DNA of 64,000 nucleotides from Vulcanimicrobiota bacterium (GCA_963812155.1 CAWETW010000001.1:704001-768000); one strand, 5' to 3'; shown: positions 38,663 through 49,516, numbered from the stretch's first letter. The notes: a model not told the origin generated them from the sequence alone. Numbers and translations: made by a program.

Positions 38663-39697
38663 ATGAAGGTTTTTGGGCTCGGCCGCTACGCTTTACTCGT
38701 CTGCATTTCAATCGCCGTCCTCGCAGCGTGCAGTAGCGGCGGATCGCAGGTGCCGATCGGCGTGCCCGGTGCGATACCGCAAACCTCGGCGAGCGTTACC
38801 TATGCTGCGCACGGCAAGTCGTGGATGACGCCCGGCGCCCAAAGACAACCGAACTTGCTCTACATCTCCAACTGGGGCACCGGCGACGTCACCGTATACA
38901 CGTATCTCGACGGCAGCGGGCTCGTTTTAGTCGGGACGCTCACCGGCTTTTCTTCGCCCACCGGCTTGTGCACCGATAAAGCCGGCAATGTCTGGATCAC
39001 GGATTACGACACAAGGAAGATCTTTGAGTACGCGCACGGTGGCACAACTCCGATTTTCAAGATCACGGAGTTCAAAGCTTTTCCCTACGCCTGCGCCGTA
39101 GATCCGACAACCGGCAATTTGGCTGTTTCAAACCAGCACCCAAACGCCAAGTTTGCCCCGCACGGCGACGTCAAAGTGTATCCCAAAGGGCGGCGACCCG
39201 GAAGAATTTACTCCACCTCCGGCGGGTTCGGAGACGTATACTTTGTCACTTACGATAACAAGAGCAACCTCTACGTCGACGGGACTCCATGCGCCTATAG
39301 CTACTGCAGCGATGGGGGCGGGGGCCCGGGACTCTATAGACTTGCAAAGGGTGGATCAGCGTTCAAGCGGCTCACGCTCAAGGGTGCCGCGCTCTATCAG
39401 CCGGTTGCAATCAACTGGATCAATCCAACACTGCTGCTAGGCGATCGGAACTTTGCAAACCAGGGAACGTCCGGGGCGTATAAGCTGTTAGTCTCGGGCT
39501 CTACGGCGACCGTCGTCAACACGCTGCAGTTTAACGGAACGCAGCAAACCAATGGGCTTTGGCGGCGTGCCGGACACGTCATCGTTCCGGACTACACCGG
39601 GAGCATCGTGCGCATCTACAATCTTTCCGACGGTACGCTCTTTTCGACTATGACAACCGGCATCTCGCTGCCGTTTGCAGCCGTCGTCAGCCAGTAG
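38663..39697 (+). CDS. Secreted lipoprotein, beta-propeller
   Basis: Lipobox LAAC; KSWMTP, LLYISN, GLCTDKAGNVWITDY, PYACAVDPTTGNLAVS. Confidence 0.75.
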   Translation: MKVFGLGRYALLVCISIAVLAACSSGGSQVPIGVPGAIPQTSASVTYAAHGKSWMTPGAQRQPNLLYISNWGTGDVTVYTYLDGSGLVLVGTLTGFSSPTGLCTDKAGNVWITDYDTRKIFEYAHGGTTPIFKITEFKAFPYACAVDPTTGNLAVSNQHPNAKFAPHGDVKVYPKGRRPGRIYSTSGGFGDVYFVTYDNKSNLYVDGTPCAYSYCSDGGGGPGLYRLAKGGSAFKRLTLKGAALYQPVAINWINPTLLLGDRNFANQGTSGAYKLLVSGSTATVVNTLQFNGTQQTNGLWRRAGHVIVPDYTGSIVRIYNLSDGTLFSTMTTGISLPFAAVVSQ

Positions 39698-39722
39698 GGG
39701 TGTGGCCTCGGCGTTTGCTCGT

Positions 39723-40450
39723 TCAAGGGCCGACGGCTACAAAGGACGGACCGCTAATCTGTTTTGTTAGGATCTTCTCTGGTGCATCCTCACCAGGCCC
39801 GTAAATGGAGACGGTATTCTGCAGATTGTTGGCGACAAACAAACTATCGTCTGCGCTCATCGCGATGGAAATCGGATCTGAAACGCCTGCGGTGATCAGT
39901 CGGACGAGATTCGTCGTTCCGGCGGCAAACTCAGCGACGCTCTGCTGGTAGCTGCCTGCAGCGCTTACATTTGCGATCTAGGCGTCTTGCTGCGCGTCGA
40001 ATACAATCGCAGAGGGACCACAGATGTCCTGGGAATCGTTCGCAACAACTCTCCCGAAGAACTACTGTATACGTACACCGCACTGTTGCAGCGTCCTTCG
40101 GACACGACGTTTGTGACACCAACGAAAAGCTCCTGAGTTGTGTCCAAAGCAAGAGCCGTGATGTCCCCCGTCACTTCGACTCTGCGAGGGTTGTGTTTGG
40201 TCTTCGCTGCAGACACGGCCACCGCGCCGTTCTCAGCAACGTAGAGGTCGTCGTCACTATCAACCGCTATCGGACCGCCGCCTGGGAAAATGCGGTATGC
40301 CTTCGATGATTCGCCGTGGGGATAAGCCTCTATCCAACGGGACGTGGAAACATAATAGTTCCCGAGCTGTCGACCACGATGTGTTTCGGCTTGGTGTCAC
40401 GAGCTCGACAGTCGCTGCCAAGCCCCCAGCGCCAATCGCCGCAGCGGAGT
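39723..40450 (-). pseudogene. Degraded NHL-repeat propeller gene remnant
   Basis: Fragments HIVVDSSG, PIAVDSDDDLYVAE, ALALDTTQELFV, PISIAMSADDSLFVANN..TVSIYGPG, SGPSFVAVGP*; frameshifts, an internal stop and no signal peptide found. Confidence 0.6.
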
Positions 40451-40484
40451 TGCGCGCCGCACCGCACCTGAGTACCCTTAGGAC

Positions 40485-41420
40485 ATGATCGCAGTGAGAG
40501 TGCACCAGTTTGGCGGTCCTGACCAGCTCGTGCTCGAGGAGACTCCGCGCCCCGCGGCCGCCGAAAACCAAGCACTCATACGCGTCTGTGCTGCCGGCGT
40601 CGGACCATGGGATGCCCTTGTCCGCACCGGTACCAGCGGTCTACCGCAGTCGCTCCCGCTAACGCCTGGTTCCGATATCGCCGGCATCGTCGAAGAGGTC
40701 GCTGACGGCGCATCCGCGTTGCGACGCGGCGACGCCATTTACGGCGTAACGAATCCGGCCTTTACCGGCGGCTACGCACAGTATGCGGCGGCCGATCTCG
40801 ATTCAATCGCTTTAAAGCCTGCGTCGCTCAGTTTCGTCGAGGCCTGCGGAGTGCCGGTCGTCGCAGTCACCGCGTGGCAGATGCTCTTCGATCGCGCGCA
40901 ACTCTCGGCCGGCCAAACCGTCCTCGTTTATGGTGCTGCGGGAAACGTCGGGGCCTACGCCGTGCAGCTCGCGCGCTTCGCGAGCGCGCATGTCGTCGCC
41001 GTTGCAGAGCAACGCGATGCAAGCTATCTGCGCGCGCTCGGCGCGGCCGAAGTGATCGATTTTAAAACTGAGGCCATCGAAGACCGTGTTTCCAACGTCG
41101 ACGTAGTGATCGACACCGTAGGCGGCGATACGCAGCGACGCGCATTCGGCCTTATCAAGCCCGCGGGCATCCTCGTTTCGAGCGTCTCGCCGCCGTCGCA
41201 AGAGCTCGCGCAGACGTACGGTATTCGCGTCGCATTTTTCATCGTTCGCGTTTCGAGCGATCAGCTTACCCGAATCGCGCAGCTCGTGGACGACGGAACG
41301 TTGAAAACTCAGCTCGGCGTCGTGCTCAGCCTCGCCGACGCGCGCAAAGCGCACGAAATGCTGGCCGGCACGCTCGCGCATCCACGCGGCAAGATCGTCC
41401 TCGACGTTACGATGGTCTAA
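40485..41420 (+). CDS. NADP-dependent MDR oxidoreductase (quinone reductase-like)
   Basis: FGGPDQL, PGSDIAGIV, GGYAQY, GAAGNVG, DTVGG, GKIVL. Confidence 0.88.
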   Translation: MIAVRVHQFGGPDQLVLEETPRPAAAENQALIRVCAAGVGPWDALVRTGTSGLPQSLPLTPGSDIAGIVEEVADGASALRRGDAIYGVTNPAFTGGYAQYAAADLDSIALKPASLSFVEACGVPVVAVTAWQMLFDRAQLSAGQTVLVYGAAGNVGAYAVQLARFASAHVVAVAEQRDASYLRALGAAEVIDFKTEAIEDRVSNVDVVIDTVGGDTQRRAFGLIKPAGILVSSVSPPSQELAQTYGIRVAFFIVRVSSDQLTRIAQLVDDGTLKTQLGVVLSLADARKAHEMLAGTLAHPRGKIVLDVTMV

Positions 41421-41449
41421 AATACGACGCGAGAATGCCAAGTGAACGC

Positions 41450-42412
41450 TCAAGGTGAAGGAGCCTCGCTACTACCGATCAGATAGCTAAATCCCGCCGA
41501 AAACGAACGGCGATACACGTTGCCCGTGATACGTCCGATATCTTCGACTGGATTGACGTAGTCTACGAGCGAACTGTTGCCACCGTAGGTTGCCTGCAGT
41601 TGAAAGTTTCTCGAGAGCAGCTGTGCTGCATTAATGGTCAGGTAGGCGTCATTATTCGAAAATGCGTACTGCCCGACAAGTGCCAACAGCGTTCCTCCAG
41701 GAGAGCGCCAGAGAACGACCGCCTGCGGCGAAAATTGCCACGCGCGCCCGTTAACGCCGGACTGCGACGTCACCGGAACGTTTGCGACCGGAAAGGAGAA
41801 ATTCGCACCAATCGATCTCGATTTATTTAATGCAATGTTGAGCAGCGGATTGAGCTCGTAGGTGGGCCCTGGCGCATTCAGCCCGGGCGATCCCGTTGGC
41901 GCCTTGTACGTCGCGAGAATTCCACCCAAGACCCCTCCCTTTCGATTGAAATACAACAGCTGCTTGTAGCGGAACTCCATATCCGCCGTGCCGGCAACGG
42001 CCCCCGTTTGCGAGTTGTTAACTTGTGAAAACGTCGGCAGCACGACGGTGACCTGCGATGTTGGCGTGACGCCGATGTTGAGTATCGCGCCGGGATATCC
42101 AAAAGCGTGACTCGATACCGTAGCGGTTGCCGATCGGCCATTTACGGTATAAGGAAACGAAACGCCGGTATTCGTACCGGCGTACGTCATTTGAATGCTT
42201 CCCTGACCTCGAACAAAGACGCAGGGTGAGGCCGACAGATATTTCTTCAAAAGCTCTTGGGCACCGCCGCACGGATCCGTCAGGGCGGGCGATGGCGGGG
42301 TCGCCGCCGGCGAAGGCGATGGCGCGGTCGCCGCTCCCGGGGCAGCCGATGCCGGCGCGTTGGATTGCGCAGCGCACGCAAGAATCGTCAACAACCCGAG
42401 ATAGAAGAACAT
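41450..42412 (-). CDS. Hypothetical exported protein, possible outer-membrane beta-barrel
   Basis: Signal peptide, Pro/Ala linker, amphipathic strands, C-terminal SFSAGFSY. Confidence 0.5.
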   Translation of the reverse strand: MFFYLGLLTILACAAQSNAPASAAPGAATAPSPSPAATPPSPALTDPCGGAQELLKKYLSASPCVFVRGQGSIQMTYAGTNTGVSFPYTVNGRSATATVSSHAFGYPGAILNIGVTPTSQVTVVLPTFSQVNNSQTGAVAGTADMEFRYKQLLYFNRKGGVLGGILATYKAPTGSPGLNAPGPTYELNPLLNIALNKSRSIGANFSFPVANVPVTSQSGVNGRAWQFSPQAVVLWRSPGGTLLALVGQYAFSNNDAYLTINAAQLLSRNFQLQATYGGNSSLVDYVNPVEDIGRITGNVYRRSFSAGFSYLIGSSEAPSP

Positions 42413-42438
42413 CGAAGCGCCCCCGGCACGTGCGGGGC

Positions 42439-43887
42439 TCAGCTTACTTTGACTACTGCCGGAGGTGTCCAGGTGCCATCGAGAATCGAAGGATTGTTCT
42501 CTTTTGGCCAATACATGCGCATCATCGCGATGAAGTCGCCCTTGGGAGCCGGCAGCCAATTGGCTTCCTTGTCGGCGCCCGGCGACGTATTTTGGAAATA
42601 TAGCGTGACCGAACCGTCGGGGTTGCTCGTCAGGTTATTGCGCGGACTAACCGTGAACTTATTGAGTGGGTTGGGAACGAACCACCATCCTTGATCGATC
42701 TCGTACATCGTGATCGACCAGAAACCATTGGTTGGCGGCGTCGCATCTTTCGCGAATGTCAGCGTATAGTTGTTTGCTCCCGTCAGCGTTTGTCCCGTGG
42801 AATCGACCTGCGTGTATGGATACACGGCGTCGTCCTGCTGGTTCGCGGGCCAACCAAAGGCTGCTACGACGGCGCGTTTTAGGTAGTTGGTTCCGTAGGT
42901 ACCGAGACCTTTTGTGACCACCCAGCCGTTGACGATCGCACCTAAGGCCTTCTGGTTGGCCGCGATCTTCTTCAAAGCGGTCTGCGGAATATCGTTCAAT
43001 GCGGACTGCACTGCCGGGGCGAGCTTGCTCATCTCAAACGGCGCCCCCGGCACGATGCCGATCTTGGCCATGCGAGCGAGCATCGGCGCATCTTCCGCCG
43101 CCGGCGGCGCGGCGCCGCCCATCAGCTTGGCCATGAGGTTGAAATAACCAGCCGTCCCCAGAGCAAGAATGGCCTGCTGCGGCTTAGCGGTCATGCTGAC
43201 GGCCGGGTTCGGGTTCACCGGCGGCGCCACAGGCGTGTACGGCTTGCCCCAAGCAGAGAGCGGCGTGATCTTGTATTGCGCCTGTAGGTCGTTGACGATT
43301 TTGTAATCCTGCTCGGTGCCGTCAGCGTAGGTGCGGCCGAGAATGACCATGTAGCGAGTCGCCATCGGAATGTGCTGCATCCCGGTCGGAACGTCGCCGT
43401 TCCAGCCTGGACCGGTAATCAGATAGTTCGCAGCCTTTCCACCCGCGGTGCGGGCACTCGGCGCGGACTGCAGATCGCTCATCCAAAGGTCGACGATCTC
43501 GAACAGGTAGAAGCGGCTACCCATATCGGGGTGGCTGAACACCATTGGTTCGGAAAGGTCGAGCCAAGCTACAGAGTAGAGCGTATCGGCATTGGGGGCC
43601 GAGACGCCGCGATAGTCCGCCGGCGGGTACTTCGGCGCATTCGCGAACTGGTTCAGTGGCGCCCTTAATCTCTCGATGTCAACCCCGGAGACGTTGCTCC
43701 CCTGAACGCGGGTGACTTCGGTCGTAATGAGCGAATAACCGTAGATGTAGGCGTCTTCGGCAATCTGCCGGGCTTCCGCTGACGAGAGCGATTGCGCGTT
43801 TGCCGAACGGGGAATCGCGAAGTATGTCGCAGCAGCGACGCCTCCAACAAGCGTCTCTTGAATGAACGACCGTCTATTTGTCGTCAT
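42439..43887 (-). CDS. DUF1254/DUF1214 domain protein with Tat signal
   Basis: NRRSFI twin-arginine motif; AYIYGY, PNADTLYSVAWLDL, GFWSITMY, NWLPAP, MRMYWP. Confidence 0.88.
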   Translation of the reverse strand: MTTNRRSFIQETLVGGVAAATYFAIPRSANAQSLSSAEARQIAEDAYIYGYSLITTEVTRVQGSNVSGVDIERLRAPLNQFANAPKYPPADYRGVSAPNADTLYSVAWLDLSEPMVFSHPDMGSRFYLFEIVDLWMSDLQSAPSARTAGGKAANYLITGPGWNGDVPTGMQHIPMATRYMVILGRTYADGTEQDYKIVNDLQAQYKITPLSAWGKPYTPVAPPVNPNPAVSMTAKPQQAILALGTAGYFNLMAKLMGGAAPPAAEDAPMLARMAKIGIVPGAPFEMSKLAPAVQSALNDIPQTALKKIAANQKALGAIVNGWVVTKGLGTYGTNYLKRAVVAAFGWPANQQDDAVYPYTQVDSTGQTLTGANNYTLTFAKDATPPTNGFWSITMYEIDQGWWFVPNPLNKFTVSPRNNLTSNPDGSVTLYFQNTSPGADKEANWLPAPKGDFIAMMRMYWPKENNPSILDGTWTPPAVVKVS

Positions 43888-44041
43888 GGGGCTCCTTCAC
43901 GCAGTCCCGAGATTAAGAAAAGATAATGTTAATCCGGCCACGTAGAAGCGGCTGACCGGACCGTTCATTTTAATCACGCTATGGCCGTTTCCCTATAAGG
44001 GCACGTTCAAGGAGTTCGTTGACTCCTATGTGTTGCGCCGA

Positions 44042-45272
44042 CTAATAGAAGAACTGCTGCAGTTGGCTGAACTGCGGCCCGAACGCCCATCCCATGCGCT
44101 TTGTCGGATTGAGCGCCGGCGCCGGTTCGGCAATCGCGAACGTGAAGCCGGTGATCGTCTCGATGAGATTGCCTTGTTCGTCGTAGACGACCAGCGCGCT
44201 GCCTTGGCTTCCGCTGCAATAGAACGGATCCGTGACGAGAAACAGCTTGTGCACGGGGTCGACCGCGATCCCCGCGCCGCTGTTGCTCTGGCTGGCGTTG
44301 CCGGTGCAGGGTAACTGGACGGCGGCGATTCCCGTCTTCTGTGTTGAGGTCGTAGAACTCGACTTGCGCGTTGAGCTCCGTGGTCGTCGCCGCAACGCCG
44401 GTATTGGGGTCGACCGCCAGTCCGTTGACGTACCCCGCATGGAACGGCCCGTTGTTATAGCCGTTGAACTTCGTCTGGTTGCCGTTCTGGAGATTGATGA
44501 GCACGTTGACGGGCGGCACACCGCCGACGCGGCCGCCGTCGGGCGAGAGCGCAAACACCGCTTCGTTGGCGGCCGTGTACTGGCCGAGTTGTGGGCCGTT
44601 GCCGCCGCCGAACAGGTTGGGGTCGAGGTGGATGACGTTGCTGAACGTATTGGCCGCAACGTCGGAGACGAAGAGATCCGGTTTGTCCTGGTTCTTTAAT
44701 TCGATGGCAAATAGGACGGCGGTCGACGTCGTCTGATTTTCGGCGCCGGATTGGACGTTGACGTCGGCGATCGACGGCGTCCAGTTGCCGGTGAACTTCC
44801 CTGCGGTCACCGGCGCGACCGTGCGATATTTGCGCGTCGCGTAAATGGTGCCCTTGGGCGTTACGAAGTGCGTGACGAGCGCCACGTCGCCCATGTAGAT
44901 GCCGTTGAGGGCGTAAGAGTTACGTTTGCCGATAGAGCTTGCGAACGATTTCGTAATCTTGCCGGTGTTCTGATCGAACGTTTCGACGGATACTTTGTAC
45001 ACGCCGGGCTGGGACGTGTCGGCGGCCGACGCGAGAATGCCGTCGGTGCCGTTTTGATTCACGTCGAACCCATAGATTTGACCGCCGTCCTTCGTCGTCA
45101 GAATTTTTCCGAGGCCGATCGTTCCCGGCACCGCCGAGCCGCCCGCTCGCGCAAAGAGTCCCGAATTTGCGGGAAGCGATGAGCCGGCCGGTGCGCCGGC
45201 ACCCTGCGAACAGGCGGATAGCGAAATAGCGATTCCAATGCAGACCGCTGCGTGCGAAACCGAACGATACAT
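44042..45272 (-). CDS. Secreted lipoprotein, putative beta-propeller (frameshift near 44340)
   Basis: RBS ggagg; lipobox LSAC; GLAVDPNTG and GIAVDPVH blades across ORFs 44007..45272 and 44042..44659. Confidence 0.65.
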
Positions 45273-45336
45273 ACTTCCTCCAACGGGTGAGACCAGACAA
45301 GCCTAGGCAGCCATCATGAAGAATATCTGAAACGCC

Positions 45337-46185
45337 ATGCTCGGATTCGTTGTCGCCGCGGTGGCCGCCTCGGCCTCTCCTTCACCGGTGCCGTCTGCAT
45401 CCACGGATGCCGACGCGTACCGCATCTATGCCGCGGCGATGCGCGCACTTGCGACGCTCGACCAGCCGGCATTCATCGACGACACCGAACGGCGCATCAC
45501 GACCGCAACGGTGCCCGGAAGCGGCGACGTGCTGTCGACCGACGACCGCACGGACCGCGCGCTCTTCGATTCGACGCAGCGGCGGGAGGTCGTCTTCGCC
45601 GAGCCCGGCGATCACGAAGTCGTCATCGGCCCTTCGTACTTTGCGCCCGACACGTGGTTGATTGCGCGGCAGCAACAGCCTGCGCCGCAACCCTCGGCTC
45701 CCGATATGCTGCCCGACCTCTCGGATTTAAAGGTTATCGCCGACGTCACCGCCGTTGGCTCGCCGTCGTACGACGTACGGGTGGCGGAGCGAAATGGTGC
45801 GATCGCGCATCTCGTCTTGCATCCGCGCAAGGATCCCGTGAAACATAACTTGCGCGAGTTGTGGATCGACACCACAACGAGCCGCATTCTGCGCGCGATC
45901 GTCCAGGGCACGTACCGGCCGATGCCCGGAGAGGTGCTCGAAACGAGTTTCGCGCTTGAGGATTTCGGCCAGGTTGGGCCGTATTGGCTGGTGATTCACC
46001 GGAAGTGGACGTGGGCGCCGCCGTTTTCGGGAGTCTTGCTGCACTTCGAGGCGACCGTGCAGACGATGCGGTTTCCGCAGACGCTGCCGGCGTGGCTGTT
46101 CGACGAGCGCGCGTTTCGAGCGCATGCGGGCGAATTGCACGATGTGTTGGGGCCATCGCCGTCGCCGTCGCCCGCGACGCCTTAG
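45337..46185 (+). CDS. Hypothetical secreted protein
   Basis: Signal peptide with SPSP linker; LRELWIDTTT motif. Confidence 0.55.
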   Translation: MLGFVVAAVAASASPSPVPSASTDADAYRIYAAAMRALATLDQPAFIDDTERRITTATVPGSGDVLSTDDRTDRALFDSTQRREVVFAEPGDHEVVIGPSYFAPDTWLIARQQQPAPQPSAPDMLPDLSDLKVIADVTAVGSPSYDVRVAERNGAIAHLVLHPRKDPVKHNLRELWIDTTTSRILRAIVQGTYRPMPGEVLETSFALEDFGQVGPYWLVIHRKWTWAPPFSGVLLHFEATVQTMRFPQTLPAWLFDERAFRAHAGELHDVLGPSPSPSPATP

Positions 46186-46266
46186 GCCTCGTGCAGGGGG
46201 AGGGAGCGGCTGGATAGAACGTTCCAAGCTGCTGGTCCGTTTATGCATCAAAGGAGCAAACGCCAG

Positions 46267-47493
46267 ATGGAGATTTTCGACCCTCGTCGCTATGCATTTA
46301 GCATTTGCGTGACTGCTGCGATGCTCGCAGGCTGCAGCGGATCGCAGCCGCCGCTCGGGGCGCCCGGCTCGATCCCGCAAGCCTCAGCGATTGCATCGGC
46401 TCGCACAGTTGCGCATCGCATCCTGCCTGCGTGGTCTATTAAAGTGCTGCATAGCTTTGAGGGGCATCCCGACGGAGAGGCAGCGACAGCGGGCTTGGAC
46501 AACCTGAACGGCACGCTGTACGGCACGACCTTTTATGGCGGCACGCATGCGGTTGGAATCGTGTACAGTATCAGCACGGACGGCGCGGAGAAGGTGCTGC
46601 ATAGCTTTGGCAGCGGCTCCGACGGAATCTTCCCCTACGCGGGCTTGATCCACGTGCAGGGCACGCTATACGGGACGACTCGCGACGGCGGTACGTCGGA
46701 CAAAGGGACCGTCTACAGCATCAGCACGGACGGCGCGGAGAAGGTGCTGCACAGCTTCGGCGGCGGGTCCGACGGAGCGAAGCCCTTTGCGAGCTTGACC
46801 GACGTTGGCGGTACGCTGTACGGCACCACCTCCGAAGGCGGCCCGTCGGACAAAGGGACCGTGTACAGCATCAGCACGGACGGCCAGGAGAAGGTTCTGT
46901 ACAGCTTTGGCGGCGGCTCCGACGGAGCGAAGCCCAGCGCGTACTTGACCGACGTAGACGGGACGCTGTACGGCACGACTCGCTACGGCGGCACGTCGGA
47001 CAAAGGGACCGTCTACAGCATCAGCACGGACGGCAGGGAGAAGGTACTGTACAGCTTTAGCGGCGGCTCCGACGGAGCGTATCCCGGTGAGGGGTTAACC
47101 AACGTGGGCAACACGCTGTACGGCACGGCCGACGAAGGCGGCACGGCGGACAAAGGCATCGTATACAGCATCGAGCGCTCCGGGGCGGAGAAGGTGCTCC
47201 ACAGCTTTGGTGGCGGCTCCGACGGAGCGCTCCCCATTGGGGGCTTGATCGACGTAAAGGGCACGCTGTACGGCACGACCTTTCTTGGTGGTCCTTACGG
47301 ATGTTTCCGATCGGGCTGCGGAACCGTGTACAGCATCAGCACGGACGGCACCGAGAAAGTGCTGTACAGCTTTGACGGCTCCGATGGAGCGAAGCCCCAA
47401 GCCCGCTTGCTCCACCATAACGGCGCGCTGTACGGCACGACTCCCGAGGGCGGCATGCATAACCTAGGAAATGTGTACGAGCTGACGCCGTAG
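46267..47493 (+). CDS. Tandem-repeat (GloVer-like) lipoprotein
   Basis: RBS aaggag; lipobox LAGC; about seven ~50-aa repeats KVL(H/Y)SFGGGSDGA.P...L..V.GTLYGTT..GG..DKGTVYSISTDG. Confidence 0.8.
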   Translation: MEIFDPRRYAFSICVTAAMLAGCSGSQPPLGAPGSIPQASAIASARTVAHRILPAWSIKVLHSFEGHPDGEAATAGLDNLNGTLYGTTFYGGTHAVGIVYSISTDGAEKVLHSFGSGSDGIFPYAGLIHVQGTLYGTTRDGGTSDKGTVYSISTDGAEKVLHSFGGGSDGAKPFASLTDVGGTLYGTTSEGGPSDKGTVYSISTDGQEKVLYSFGGGSDGAKPSAYLTDVDGTLYGTTRYGGTSDKGTVYSISTDGREKVLYSFSGGSDGAYPGEGLTNVGNTLYGTADEGGTADKGIVYSIERSGAEKVLHSFGGGSDGALPIGGLIDVKGTLYGTTFLGGPYGCFRSGCGTVYSISTDGTEKVLYSFDGSDGAKPQARLLHHNGALYGTTPEGGMHNLGNVYELTP

Positions 47494-47535
47494 CTCAATC
47501 GCGCACGCAACTGCGAGATGTGACACCCGGGCGGG

Positions 47536-48084
47536 TTATGGGCGTTCGATCACCGTGAGAAAGGTGACGACGTCCCATGCATTGCGGATGCCGATGAACG
47601 TGAGTAGCAGAACGCCGGCGGCAACCGCGTACAGCGCGGGCGCGGCAGCACGCGAAAGCGCGATGGCTCCGCCGACGATCGCGCAATACGCGACGAACGG
47701 CATAATCGTGTACCACACCCAATCCTCGAGATCCGGTACGTAACCGGCCTCGGCCGCGCTCTCCGCGCTGGCCTGCCGCGTCCGCAGAATCACGCGCAGC
47801 GAGTACACAAGTCCGTAAAGCGCGCCTAAGCCGATCGTAATGTCGGCGCCCACCAGCGAGTGCCACGGCGCAATCAGCACGGCCGAGACGAACAGCGCGC
47901 CGCAGAAATGCATGACGTTCGGCGAGCTGTAAGTCGACAGGCCGTCGCGAGTGGGTTGCCTGCGTTCCATGCCTGCCACCAGCGTGATGACGACGAACAT
48001 GAGGCCGATGAGCGCGGCATCCGACGTGCACATCGTTGCGAAAAACGTCGACCAGCCCGGCAACACCGACGCACTCTCAGCCAT
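47536..48084 (-). CDS. Hypothetical integral membrane protein
   Basis: WSTFF..AALIGLMFVVITL, GIRNAWDVV; several hydrophobic segments; overlaps upstream gene stop. Confidence 0.7.
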   Translation of the reverse strand: MAESASVLPGWSTFFATMCTSDAALIGLMFVVITLVAGMERRQPTRDGLSTYSSPNVMHFCGALFVSAVLIAPWHSLVGADITIGLGALYGLVYSLRVILRTRQASAESAAEAGYVPDLEDWVWYTIMPFVAYCAIVGGAIALSRAAAPALYAVAAGVLLLTFIGIRNAWDVVTFLTVIERP

Positions 48085-49423
48085 TACGCGAACCCTTGGC
48101 GTTGAGCGCCGATGCGGCCTCTGCAGCGGCACGTTCGCCCGTTTCGATCGCGCCGTTGACCGTGCCGCCCTGGCCGTCGGTGGAGCATGCTTCGCCCGCG
48201 AAGAACAGCGTGCCGTCGACCGCTGCGGCGAGCGTTGGGCGCGCACCCATTCCGCCCGTAAGCACGTAGCTGTAGGCGCCGCGCGAGAAGGGATCGTGCA
48301 CCCAATCGTGCGTGAGGGCGCCGGTGAACTCCTTACGCGCGAGTTGCGGTTCGCCGAACAGCTCGCCAAAATCGTGCACGGCGGCGGCGATGATATCGTC
48401 GTGCGGCATACGTGCGACCGCCTCGGCGTTTGGACCACCGATCCACGCCATCACGAGTTCGCCCGGCATCGGCTCTTGCGTCCAATATCCCGCAAAGCGG
48501 CCGCCGTGCGTGCGGAAGAATGCCGCGTCGCGATAGCGTCCGTCCGCAAGGCGTTTCCAGAATGCCGAGCGGAACGTGAGCGCGACTTTGACGACGGGTC
48601 CCATCTCGATGAAGCGCAACGCATCGCGCTTTTCGGCGGGCAACTCCGGTTCGAACGATACGGCGGAGTCATCGCCCTCGTGGCGCAGCACGCCGACGGG
48701 CAACGTGACGACCGCGGCGCGGGCATGGTACGTTTGCGGAAGTTCGCCTTTGGCTATCGCCTCAACGGCCACCGCACCGGTGCGCCACGAAACGCTTTGC
48801 ACGACGGTCGAACGATGGATGCATGCGCCGGCGTTTTCACATTCCGACTGCAGCAGCGCAAACATCGGTGCGTAGGTGCCGATTGGCCTGACGGACGACG
48901 CATCGGTTCCCGATTGAAACTCTTGCGCGATGGATTTTACACTTGCGACGGCGGGGTCGGCGGCGTCGAAGCCCTCGACGAAGGCACGCGCGGCGGCGGT
49001 GGTTTCGCGCATGGCGGGGTCGGAATCGAACCTACTGAGGAACGTGTCCACGGTTTCGTCGCCGGCGAGTTCTTCGGCACGCTCGAATATTGACGCTGAG
49101 AACGTCGAATCGCGATCCGCGCGCTGAAGCGCTCCCTGCGCGTCGGGAATCCACAACGCGTCACCGAGTGGGGCCGTCGCCGTGCCGGCGGCGGTAAGCA
49201 GCTCCATGGTGCGGCGCGCCGATCCGTGTACGAACTCGGCACCGAGTTCGGCGCGAATGCGGTGCGGGCCGACGGCCTCCGACCATACGCGGCCGCCGAT
49301 GCGATCGCGCGCCTCGAGGACGACGACGCTGTAGCCCCGACGCGCAAGCGTGCGCGCAGCCGCCACGCCGGCGGCGCCGGCGCCGATGACAATGACGTCT
49401 GAGGCGTCCGTTCGACTACGCAT
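48077..49423 (-). CDS. Flavin monoamine oxidase family protein
   Basis: VIVIGAGAAG, LEARDRIGGR, ELGAEFVHG, W..DPFSRGAYS, FAGEA, GTVNGAIETG. Confidence 0.9.
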   Translation of the reverse strand: MRSRTDASDVIVIGAGAAGVAAARTLARRGYSVVVLEARDRIGGRVWSEAVGPHRIRAELGAEFVHGSARRTMELLTAAGTATAPLGDALWIPDAQGALQRADRDSTFSASIFERAEELAGDETVDTFLSRFDSDPAMRETTAAARAFVEGFDAADPAVASVKSIAQEFQSGTDASSVRPIGTYAPMFALLQSECENAGACIHRSTVVQSVSWRTGAVAVEAIAKGELPQTYHARAAVVTLPVGVLRHEGDDSAVSFEPELPAEKRDALRFIEMGPVVKVALTFRSAFWKRLADGRYRDAAFFRTHGGRFAGYWTQEPMPGELVMAWIGGPNAEAVARMPHDDIIAAAVHDFGELFGEPQLARKEFTGALTHDWVHDPFSRGAYSYVLTGGMGARPTLAAAVDGTLFFAGEACSTDGQGGTVNGAIETGERAAAEAASALNAKGSRNG

Positions 49424-49434
49424 TTACTCAGGCC

Positions 49435-49516
49435 GCGCTTCGACGCCGCGTGCTTCGCACGCTTCGCTCAGCGTGACACCTTGGGTGACACATCGCAGGG
49501 GCGCTCAGCGTGACAC
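49435..49516. repeat. REP-like element, variant form, two units
   Basis: gcgcttcgac...gctcagcgtgacac plus second gcgctcagcgtgacac. Confidence 0.7.

Noticed and set aside
46430..47470. Diversity-generating retroelement template/variable repeats
   Set aside because: The ~150-bp repeats are in-frame protein repeats within one ORF, and no reverse transcriptase is present in the window.
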